Source: Dehalococcoidia bacterium (lineage in GTDB: Bacteria > Chloroflexota > Dehalococcoidia > GIF9 > AB-539-J10). From it: a stretch of DNA of 64,000 bases. The stretch spans positions 4,319 through 68,318 of the forward strand of contig JACUUR010000001.1 in assembly GCA_014859205.1 (NCBI GenBank). Direction: 5' to 3'. The position numbers and the translations under genes are program-made. Under the pieces are notes generated by a model that saw only the letters and a program-made list of their open reading frames with translations, was not told where the DNA came from and did not search any database. Numbering within the stretch: the first letter of the stretch is position 1; each line of letters opens with the position of its first letter. This document shows positions 56,876 to 64,000 of the stretch, piece after piece.

Positions 56876-58705
56876 GTGGAGGCAGAGCAACTGAGAGCCT
56901 TGCCTGCAAAGCCCGGAGTATACCTGCTCAGGGACAGAGATGGCAAGGTCATCTACGTGGGCAAGGCTGCCAGCTTGAGCAGCCGGGTAAGGAGTTACTT
57001 CGGCTCTCCCTCTGGCCTGTCTGCGAAGACCCGACGATTGGCGGCAAGGATACGGGATTTCGAGTTTGTGGTGACCGATTCCGAGCAAGAGGCGCTCATT
57101 CTCGAGTGCGATCTCATAAAGAAGTATGTGCCCGAGTTCAACGCCCGTCTCAAGGATAGCAAGAGTTTCCCTTATCTGAAGATAGACGTCAACGGTGATT
57201 GGCCTGGCGTTCATATCACCCGCCGGGTACAGAGAGACGGAGCCAGGTACTTCGGGCCCTTTGCCAGCGCCGGATCGGTGCGAAAAACCCTGCGGCTAAT
57301 AGAGAGGATCTTCCCGATTCGCACCTGCAACAAGCCCCTAGACGGCAAAGACCGGCGGCCCTGCCTGGATTATCATATCCACCGCTGTCTGGGACCGTGC
57401 ATAGGGGCAGTGGAAAGAGAAGAATACAGAGAGATGATAGACAGGGTCATCCTGTTCTTGCAGGGCAAGCAGGAATTGGTCCTCCGCGAGCTGAACGACA
57501 GGATGCAGACCGCAGCACAGCAGCTTCAGTTCGAGAGGGCAGCCCTGCTGCGGGACCAGATCGAGGCCATAACAGGAGTCATAGAGGGGCAGAGGATCGC
57601 AGTGAAACTGCAGGGAGAAAAGGATGTCATTGGCCTGGCACAGAACGAACGACAGGCCTATGTCGAGCTGTTCTCTATCCGCAACAGCAGACTTATCGGC
57701 CGGGAGCACTTTGCCATGGAAGGCCTTCAGGGCGATCCTCCCGGGCAGGTGATGACCGATTTCGTCAAACAATACTACGCCTCAGCTTCCTACATACCGC
57801 CGCTGATCCTGATCCAGCATCCTGTCGATGAGCCGGTCGTGCTCTCCGAATGGCTCAAGCAGCAGAGAGGGAGCAGAGTGGCGCTCGAGGTGCCGCAGCG
57901 AGGAGCTAAGAAGAAGCTGATCGATATGGTGGCCGACAATGCCGTTCGGGGCCTGGAGTTGGCCCGGGCCAGGGAGTTGACGCTAGGGGCCTTGACCTCG
58001 GGACTACGAGAACTGAGGGACAAGCTCGGCCTGGACCGAATGCCGCGGAGAATAGAGTGTTACGACGTCTCCAACATCCAGGGCACTTCGGCTGTGGGCA
58101 GCATGGTCGTTCTGGAGCAGGGCCTGCCCAAACCGGCGCACTATCGTCGCTTCCGGATCAGGACAGTGGCAGGGGCGGACGACTATGCCATGATCCGGGA
58201 GACTTTGAGGCGCAGGTTCAAGCAGGGCGCGGCAGGCGCAGGCACCTGGGCGATCATCCCCGACCTGGTCCTGATTGACGGCGGCAAGGGACAGCTCAAC
58301 GCCGCCCTAAGTCTGAGCCGGGAACTGGGTCTGGAATCGGTCCCCATGGTCAGCCTGGCCAAAGGACAGGAGGAGGTATTCATACCCGGTCGGGCCTCGC
58401 CGGTCGCCATAGCCGCCGATTCTCCTGCTTTGCACATACTGCAAAGGGCCAGAGATGAGGCCCATCGCTTCGCCGTAAGCTATCACCGGAAGCTGCGTGA
58501 CAGGAGAGTCGTTGCCTCTGCCCTGGACGAAATTCCCGGCATCGGACCGAGACGAAAGAGGGCGCTGCTCAAGGAGTTCGGCTCGATCAAAGGCATCAGG
58601 GAGGCTTCGCCGCAGGAGCTCAGCAGGGCAGAAGGCATCAACCCGGCCCTGGCCCAGAGAATCAAACAACATCTGGGAGACTCGTCGGTGTCGGGGCATT
58701 CCTGA
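56876..58705 (+). CDS. uvrC: excinuclease ABC subunit C
   Basis: GIY-YIG domain (GVYLLRDRDGKVIYVGKA), UvrBC-interaction region, RNase H-like endonuclease domain and C-terminal (HhH)2. Confidence 0.92.
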   Translation: MEAEQLRALPAKPGVYLLRDRDGKVIYVGKAASLSSRVRSYFGSPSGLSAKTRRLAARIRDFEFVVTDSEQEALILECDLIKKYVPEFNARLKDSKSFPYLKIDVNGDWPGVHITRRVQRDGARYFGPFASAGSVRKTLRLIERIFPIRTCNKPLDGKDRRPCLDYHIHRCLGPCIGAVEREEYREMIDRVILFLQGKQELVLRELNDRMQTAAQQLQFERAALLRDQIEAITGVIEGQRIAVKLQGEKDVIGLAQNERQAYVELFSIRNSRLIGREHFAMEGLQGDPPGQVMTDFVKQYYASASYIPPLILIQHPVDEPVVLSEWLKQQRGSRVALEVPQRGAKKKLIDMVADNAVRGLELARARELTLGALTSGLRELRDKLGLDRMPRRIECYDVSNIQGTSAVGSMVVLEQGLPKPAHYRRFRIRTVAGADDYAMIRETLRRRFKQGAAGAGTWAIIPDLVLIDGGKGQLNAALSLSRELGLESVPMVSLAKGQEEVFIPGRASPVAIAADSPALHILQRARDEAHRFAVSYHRKLRDRRVVASALDEIPGIGPRRKRALLKEFGSIKGIREASPQELSRAEGINPALAQRIKQHLGDSSVSGHS

Positions 58706-58709
58706 CCGC

Positions 58710-58725
58710 AGATGCCCGGGCATCT
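58710..58725 (+). terminator. palindrome AGATGCCCGGGCATCT directly after the uvrC stop
   Basis: Perfect 8-bp inverted repeat. No U-tract. Confidence 0.3.
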
Positions 58726-58872
58726 CTGCCCAAGCAGATCTAGCTTGCTCTGACCTCCGGATAGGACAGTGCTTGTGTCCGCCGACGGAGTTGCCAGTCG
58801 GGGCACCAGCCCCGGTAGGGATTGCGCCCAGGTATTGACTTCAGTTCCCTGATATGACCACAATAGCAGCCC

Positions 58873-59646
58873 GTGGAGATCTTCTTAACACTCCTGTTTG
58901 CCCTTGTGGGCCTGACCGTAGGCAGCTTCCTCAATGTATGTATCGACCGCCTGCCCCAGAACAAGTCGATTGTACGTCCGCCCTCCCACTGTGACGCCTG
59001 CCAGCGCAGGCTGGTGATCAAGGACCTCATCCCTGTATTCAGCTATCTGCGCCTCCGGGGCCGTTGCCGCTACTGTCAGGCTGCGGTGCCCCGGAAGCTG
59101 ATGTGGGTGGAACTCGTCACCGGGCTGATATTCGCCTTCCTCTACCGGCACTACGGCCTTAGTCCAGAACTGGCGGTCATGATCTTCTACAGTTGCCTGT
59201 TCATTGTGGTCTTCGTCATCGACCTGGAGCACGGTCTGATCCTGAACAAGGTGATCTACCCGGCCCTGGTTGTGGCTCTGCTATTGTCTCTGTATCCCTG
59301 GCCCTGGCTCACTCAGATCATCACGCCCGGGATCGCCAGTGCGGCGCTGGGCGGAGGCGTCGGCTTCGCCGTGTTCCTGCTGATCGCAATAATCTCGCGC
59401 GGCGGCATGGGGTGGGGAGATGTCAAGCTGGTCGGCCTGATCGGACTGGCTACCGGCTTTCCTCTGGTCTTCTTCTCCGTAGTGCTCGGGGCCGTGCTGG
59501 GCGGCATCGTAGCCGTGGCTCTGGTCATAGCCAGAAAGAGGACCTTCAAGGAGACGCTCCCCTTCGGCCCGTTTCTGGCCCTGGGCGCCATGATAACGCT
59601 GATCTGGGGCAACAACGTCCTGAACTGGTACCTGGGACTGATCTAG
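58873..59646 (+). CDS. prepilin peptidase (A24 family, PilD-like)
   Basis: N-terminal CxxC...CxxC zinc motif, polytopic membrane domain with catalytic Asp pattern. No pilin genes in the window. Confidence 0.85.
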   Translation: MEIFLTLLFALVGLTVGSFLNVCIDRLPQNKSIVRPPSHCDACQRRLVIKDLIPVFSYLRLRGRCRYCQAAVPRKLMWVELVTGLIFAFLYRHYGLSPELAVMIFYSCLFIVVFVIDLEHGLILNKVIYPALVVALLLSLYPWPWLTQIITPGIASAALGGGVGFAVFLLIAIISRGGMGWGDVKLVGLIGLATGFPLVFFSVVLGAVLGGIVAVALVIARKRTFKETLPFGPFLALGAMITLIWGNNVLNWYLGLI

Positions 59647-59721
59647 CAGGGAACAGTCGTTCGGGCAGACCGTGGTCGGAGGCGTGCGCCGACGCTCTCG
59701 CAGCACCCGTCTCCCGCAGGC

Positions 59722-60402
59722 CTACCTTCCTCTGAACAGCGAGAAGAAGCGGTCCTGATATTCGGGGAATAGACCCCAGCGGTTCAACTCCACCACCAAC
59801 TCCGGAGCGCGCGATAGATTGCGAGCGGTATGCTCGAACAGCTCCTCAATATACTCCCGCGCACCATGGGGGACTCCGTCGGCATCCATGTCCAGGAACC
59901 CCCGACGATCCAGCTCAACCATATTGGTGCGGACCGACCTGGTGGTCAGTTCGTAGATGAACATGAGCAGCGATACATCCCACAGCTCCTCCACACCCTT
60001 GATTATAGTGCTCAGACGATTGCGCTGCGCCTCCACCTGCGAATCGAGCTTGCTTATCACCTGCTTGATGGGTTCGGAAACGACGCTCATGCCCCCCGGT
60101 TCGTTCTTGTACCTGTAGAAGATGCCCGATTCATGAGGGCGCTCCCGGGCTATCATGGCCATGTATCTCCTTGCCTGCTCACTGAAGCCCTCCACATTGA
60201 CCAGGTAGGCAGGCGTGACGATCTTGGGCCTCTCGGCAATGACCTTACCATCGCGCACCACACTCACATTCCCGACCAGCTCGGTGACAACGTAATAGTC
60301 GATTACCGAACTGCCGAAGGTGTCCAGCTCCTGCCGCGGCGCCCGAACTAGCTCGGTGTGCTCCAGCGCGTATCTGGTCTTGTCATCCAGTTCCATATTC
60401 AC
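59722..60402 (-). CDS. hypothetical protein (226 aa, no family recognised)
   Basis: Long ORF with coding-like composition. Confidence 0.4.
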   Translation of the reverse strand: MNMELDDKTRYALEHTELVRAPRQELDTFGSSVIDYYVVTELVGNVSVVRDGKVIAERPKIVTPAYLVNVEGFSEQARRYMAMIARERPHESGIFYRYKNEPGGMSVVSEPIKQVISKLDSQVEAQRNRLSTIIKGVEELWDVSLLMFIYELTTRSVRTNMVELDRRGFLDMDADGVPHGAREYIEELFEHTARNLSRAPELVVELNRWGLFPEYQDRFFSLFRGR

Positions 60403-60505
60403 TCAACCTGTCTCGGAACCTTGTGCTCTCCCGGTTTCAGCCGAAGCGCCGCCATTGCGTCTGCTGGCTTCTAACCGAGTTCGCGGGAGCAACTCATCTG
60501 CTCCG

Positions 60506-61234
60506 CTATATGAACATCTTCACCGCGTAGAAGTTCCGCCTCACATCGTCGCTGCCGGCGATTATGCTGCCGGCCTCAGTGCTGTGACCGGGAACGACGT
60601 ATTCCACGTCCAGCTGAGACAACTCATCGATGCTCTTGCGCAACAGCGAGGGACTGCCACCGGGAAAATCGGTCCTGCCCACGCTGCCCGCGAAGACCAC
60701 GTCGCCGGTGATCAGAATCCTGCCCTCTTCCAGATAGAGAGAGACCGAACCGGGAGAATGCCCCGGGGTGAGTAAGACCTTGACGGACAGCCTGTCATCG
60801 CTGGCTCCCAGTGACAAATCGCCCGCTTCAAGAAAGAAGTAGGGCTCGACCTGCGGCGGCCTGGCGCCAAACGCCTGGAAGAACATCTTGCCTATGTTGC
60901 GGTAGAACTCATCCTCTTCGCGCGACAGTGCGAACAGGGCGCCGCTCTTTGCCACCACCGGTTCAGCGGCTTCGATGTGGTCGGGATGGCTATGAGTGCC
61001 GATCACCAGACCCACACCGCCCATACTGAACCCATCGCTCTCCAGAGCCTGGGTCAGTGAATCGAGACAGGGCTCCCCGAGTTCGTTTCTAATATGCCCT
61101 GGATCAACCAGAATGTGCGGACGCTCGCCTCTCAGGACAGAGGGCAGCAGCACCGTATTGCAATTGCTGCCCCTGCCCTGCCACACGTAGCAGTGCAAGT
61201 CCTTGGCCAGCTTCACAGAACTGTGGTACAGCAT
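60506..61234 (-). CDS. MBL-fold metallo-hydrolase (glyoxalase II-like)
   Basis: HxHxDH motif (THSHPDHIEAA) and downstream metal ligands. Confidence 0.85.
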   Translation of the reverse strand: MLYHSSVKLAKDLHCYVWQGRGSNCNTVLLPSVLRGERPHILVDPGHIRNELGEPCLDSLTQALESDGFSMGGVGLVIGTHSHPDHIEAAEPVVAKSGALFALSREEDEFYRNIGKMFFQAFGARPPQVEPYFFLEAGDLSLGASDDRLSVKVLLTPGHSPGSVSLYLEEGRILITGDVVFAGSVGRTDFPGGSPSLLRKSIDELSQLDVEYVVPGHSTEAGSIIAGSDDVRRNFYAVKMFI

Positions 61235-61436
61235 CTATGTGACCTCACATCAGCTTCGTTGAGCCTGGCCTACATTATAGGCTAAAATAGCTGGCATGGC
61301 TAACCACGTTGCTGACCCGGTAGCGCCGGGCGCCTGGCATAAACTGCCGGCCATGTCCGCCTGCTTCCCTGCGGTAGACGGCGACGCCCGACCATCCGGG
61401 TGAGAAACTCATGGTGATGCAGGAAGAGCAACTTCG

Positions 61437-61991
61437 ATGACCGAGATGAAGAGCGCCTGGGAGATCGCTCAGGAGAGGGCAGACAGACTGGGGCAGCTCT
61501 CCAGCGACGAGAAAGCAGAGCAGGAGCAGCAGAGGTACCGCCAGATCGGCCGGGCGCTGGCGCAGAAATGGCTGGATGGTGCCCCACGGCTGGATCTCCC
61601 TGCCGAGCTGAACAAGCAGGACCAGAAGGGCAGGACGATAGTGAAGCAGGCCGTGATCGGCCGCCTGGCCGAGGACATCGACTTCGCGAACGCCCGCCCC
61701 GTGGACAGCACGCAAGGGATAATCGAGGCCATAATCGGAGTGGAGCCCGCACTGCGGCCGCAGGCCGAGGAAATGGCCGGGCTTCTCCGGAAATACCAAC
61801 AGGCGGAACAGAAGAAAAGGCAGGAACTCGAAGCGGGCTACCGGGAGACCCTGCACCGGCTGAGGATCTCAGGAACGGCGGTGGGTGCCATCAACCTTGA
61901 GTCCGACCGGGCATGGCAAAAGGCCAGAGACGAACTGATTGCAGCCTTCGCCCCCAGGCTCAATGCTCTGAAGCAGGCGCTGGTCGGCTAG
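61437..61991 (+). CDS. hypothetical Gln/Arg-rich helical protein (184 aa)
   Basis: Long ORF. No family recognised. Lies at the boundary of the GC-rich terminal segment. Confidence 0.35.
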   Translation: MTEMKSAWEIAQERADRLGQLSSDEKAEQEQQRYRQIGRALAQKWLDGAPRLDLPAELNKQDQKGRTIVKQAVIGRLAEDIDFANARPVDSTQGIIEAIIGVEPALRPQAEEMAGLLRKYQQAEQKKRQELEAGYRETLHRLRISGTAVGAINLESDRAWQKARDELIAAFAPRLNALKQALVG

Positions 61992-61999
61992 ACGAGAGG

Positions 62000-64000
62000 T
62001 CATGGCGCCCCCAGGGTGAGGGTGTGGTCATACTGGGGGTGGCGGTCGAACAGCCGGACCCGGGTAAGGCCGGCGTAATCGATGCGGTCGGACAGGACCC
62101 GGTAGGCGCGGTCGACGCTGCAGACGGGATCGATGACGGTGACCACGTCGTACAGCTCCTGGCCGACGTTGGGCGGGACGGTGATGAGGGCCGGGTCGGC
62201 CCGCAGCTCCGCCAGCCGGGCCATGGCCAGGGCGCGGTCCTCCGCCTGCAGGGCGGTGGTGAGGTTGGGGTCGTAGACCTGGGCCAGGTCGTCGACGCCG
62301 TCGGCCAGGGCGTCCCAGTCCGCCTCATCCCAGAGGATGCGGGTGTCGGTGGCGGGATCGCGGCCCAGCGCACGCACCCTGGTGGTGATCGACTGGTGGC
62401 CGTAGCGGCCGGACAGGACGGGATGGGCCCAGCGGCTGAACTCGTAGGCCGGGGCCTCGGCGGGGCGGGGGTCCTTGGTCTGGGCCCGGCCGGCGTCGGT
62501 AAAGAAGAGTCGGTCCGGGACGGTGGCCAACAGCCGGCGGACGGCCGTGTCGCCCTTCTGCCCGGGCAGCACGGTGAAGTCGGGATAGAAGTTGTCGATG
62601 GCCGAGCTGCGGGGCTGGGGTGGGGCGGGGTCCAGGTGCACTCCCACCCGCGCCAGGATCCGCGCCAGGATATGAGCGACGGTGTACGGGGCCCCGGGGA
62701 CATCGTTCCAGCGGAGCTGGTAGCGGGGCGTCCAGGCCTGCAACAGGCCCCAGCCGTCGGTACAGGTGAGCGTGAAGCGGGTGATGTTGGGGGCGTGGTG
62801 GTAGTGCCAGGAGTCGATCCACCAGGTGCCGACGGCGATCTCCTCATGCTGGACGCCGGGGACTCCTCGGACCCGGTACCCGAGGTACAGCTCCACCTCG
62901 GAGCGGAGGCGGAGGGCGGCCAGGCCGGCGGTCCCTGGATTTTCATACTGGCCTTTCGAGTTGTCAAGCTCGATAATGAGGCTTCCGGGGCGGTTTACTG
63001 CGATTGAGGCGATATCCCCTGCCAGGACCAGGGCCGCCGGCATTACTCTGGGCGCTCGGTAAACGAGCGACGGGGTGGTGATCCACCAGTAATCGGCCGT
63101 GGTCTGCATGCGCAGACCGTAGGGCGTGGTAATGTCAAGAAAAGGCGCCGACTCTGTGACGGTGCTGTCGGACCAGGCGGTCCCCGGCACCAGGTGACAG
63201 GCCAGGGGGCGCGAAAAGGGGGCCACGCCGGCGAAGTCCTCGACGAACAGGGCCCGGGTGGGCTCGTAGGCCGCCGGGCTGGAGGGAAGGTGTACTTCGG
63301 GATAGGAGAACAGAACGTCCTCTCCCTCGGGGGTGCGGGCCAGGCTGTCCAGGGGGCCGAAGATCCAGGCGCCCGAGAACCAGGTCCGGTAGACGTTCAG
63401 GTGGTGATACGGGGTGTCGACCTGCCGGCCGGCCAGCAGGAGCTGGCAGCTCGGCCCGTCGTCCTCGTAGGTGGCCCCGATGCCGAATGTTTGGGCCAGG
63501 ACCGTGGGGCTGGGGGGCGTGAAAGAGTGCGTGTGCTCGTTGGTGCCCTGGGTGTCGGTGTCCAGGCGGATGGCATTTATGGCGTTATCACGAAGGGCAA
63601 AACAGATAACCGTGGACGTGGACCCCCACCAACAGGCGGCCAGGTGGCGCACGTCGGTGTAGGTCGACAGGACGCCGGCGGTCCAGCTGGTACCGTTGTT
63701 ATGGCTGTAGTATTTGACGATCTCGTTGTCGTCGGTGACCCAGAAAATGTAAATGCGGGGACCATAGGCGGCGATGGCACAGGGACCGTCAAGGTTGGTG
63801 GCCACCAGGGTCCACGAGCTGAAGGGCGATCCGGGACCCGGGCCTACCACACGCTGCCGGTACAGGTAATTGCCCTGGCCCCGGACCCGGTGCATGTAGC
63901 CCAGGTTGTCAAAAGCGAGGCCATGATAGCCGGCGACCTCGGCGCCGGTATAGAGGTTCTGCCAGACAAGACGCCTGGCGCCCTGGTAGCGGTCCGTAAC
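62000..64000 (-). CDS. large GC-rich (about 68% GC) protein, partial; its N-terminus lies beyond the window. Contains a BNR/Asp-box-like motif; possible phage tail/host-specificity or glycosidase-like protein
   Basis: No stop in frame between the track start (63895) and the window end. Motif SHNNGTSWT matches SxDxGxTW. Composition differs sharply from the rest of the window. Confidence 0.5.
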   Translation of the reverse strand, partial: VTDRYQGARRLVWQNLYTGAEVAGYHGLAFDNLGYMHRVRGQGNYLYRQRVVGPGPGSPFSSWTLVATNLDGPCAIAAYGPRIYIFWVTDDNEIVKYYSHNNGTSWTAGVLSTYTDVRHLAACWWGSTSTVICFALRDNAINAIRLDTDTQGTNEHTHSFTPPSPTVLAQTFGIGATYEDDGPSCQLLLAGRQVDTPYHHLNVYRTWFSGAWIFGPLDSLARTPEGEDVLFSYPEVHLPSSPAAYEPTRALFVEDFAGVAPFSRPLACHLVPGTAWSDSTVTESAPFLDITTPYGLRMQTTADYWWITTPSLVYRAPRVMPAALVLAGDIASIAVNRPGSLIIELDNSKGQYENPGTAGLAALRLRSEVELYLGYRVRGVPGVQHEEIAVGTWWIDSWHYHHAPNITRFTLTCTDGWGLLQAWTPRYQLRWNDVPGAPYTVAHILARILARVGVHLDPAPPQPRSSAIDNFYPDFTVLPGQKGDTAVRRLLATVPDRLFFTDAGRAQTKDPRPAEAPAYEFSRWAHPVLSGRYGHQSITTRVRALGRDPATDTRILWDEADWDALADGVDDLAQVYDPNLTTALQAEDRALAMARLAELRADPALITVPPNVGQELYDVVTVIDPVCSVDRAYRVLSDRIDYAGLTRVRLFDRHPQYDHTLTLGAP

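Noticed and set aside
56807-57214. N-terminal 137-aa extension of the XerC/D-like ORF
   Set aside because: Overlaps the uvrC 5' end on the opposite strand. Recombinase homology begins at the internal Met (MKPDIDAFLQHL).
61275-63007. Many long overlapping ORFs on both strands (e.g. 61913..63007 + 364 aa, 61960..62967 - 335 aa, 62325..62822 - 165 aa)
   Set aside because: They are Gly/Arg/Pro/Asp-rich mirror-frame artefacts of the very GC-rich segment. They overlap the single long minus-strand gene and have no SD or family signal.

Overview
Window of about 64 kb at roughly 58% GC. It is gene-dense with short intergenic spacers and frequent ATGA start/stop overlaps. Gene content suggests an anaerobic Chloroflexota (Dehalococcoidia-like) chromosome, but this is inference. 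The supporting points are a fused mannosyl-3-phosphoglycerate synthase/phosphatase (MgsD-type), a short core-MetE methionine synthase, B12-dependent class II RNR with NrdR, hyp maturation genes, 2-oxoacid:ferredoxin oxidoreductase, two M42 peptidases, and surface proteins with beta-helix / InlB-B-repeat-like modules. Most of the window is housekeeping: a minus-strand purine operon (purD-purE-purB-abfD-like-purC) with guaA upstream, pfkA, tsaC-rpiB, core-metE-mtnP, nrdR-nrdJ, an ABC-F ATPase, ilvD, hypCDE/hypF, nadK, uvrC, xerC/D-like, pilD and pcm, plus one tRNA-Glu(UUC). There are no CRISPR arrays, rRNA genes or transposases. The most unusual locus is a tandem pair of secreted parallel beta-helix proteins (23.7-28.1 kb). 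They share a Cys-initiated C-terminal domain of about 85 aa that I do not recognise, and homologous long leaders carrying GTTAA(C/G)A direct repeats and a terminator-like hairpin. Other points worth a look: purD appears to start at CTG behind a perfect SD; a GAF / Vsr-like / HPRT triple-domain fusion sits beside nrdJ; an NrdR box lies exactly in the spacer of the nrdR promoter; an acidic EncFtn-like mini-protein is followed by a 21-aa polybasic ORF; and the last ~2.7 kb is a sharply GC-richer segment (about 68%) encoding a large BNR-motif protein that continues past the window. Hand-derived coordinates (everything not taken from the ORF track) may be off by 1-2 nt.
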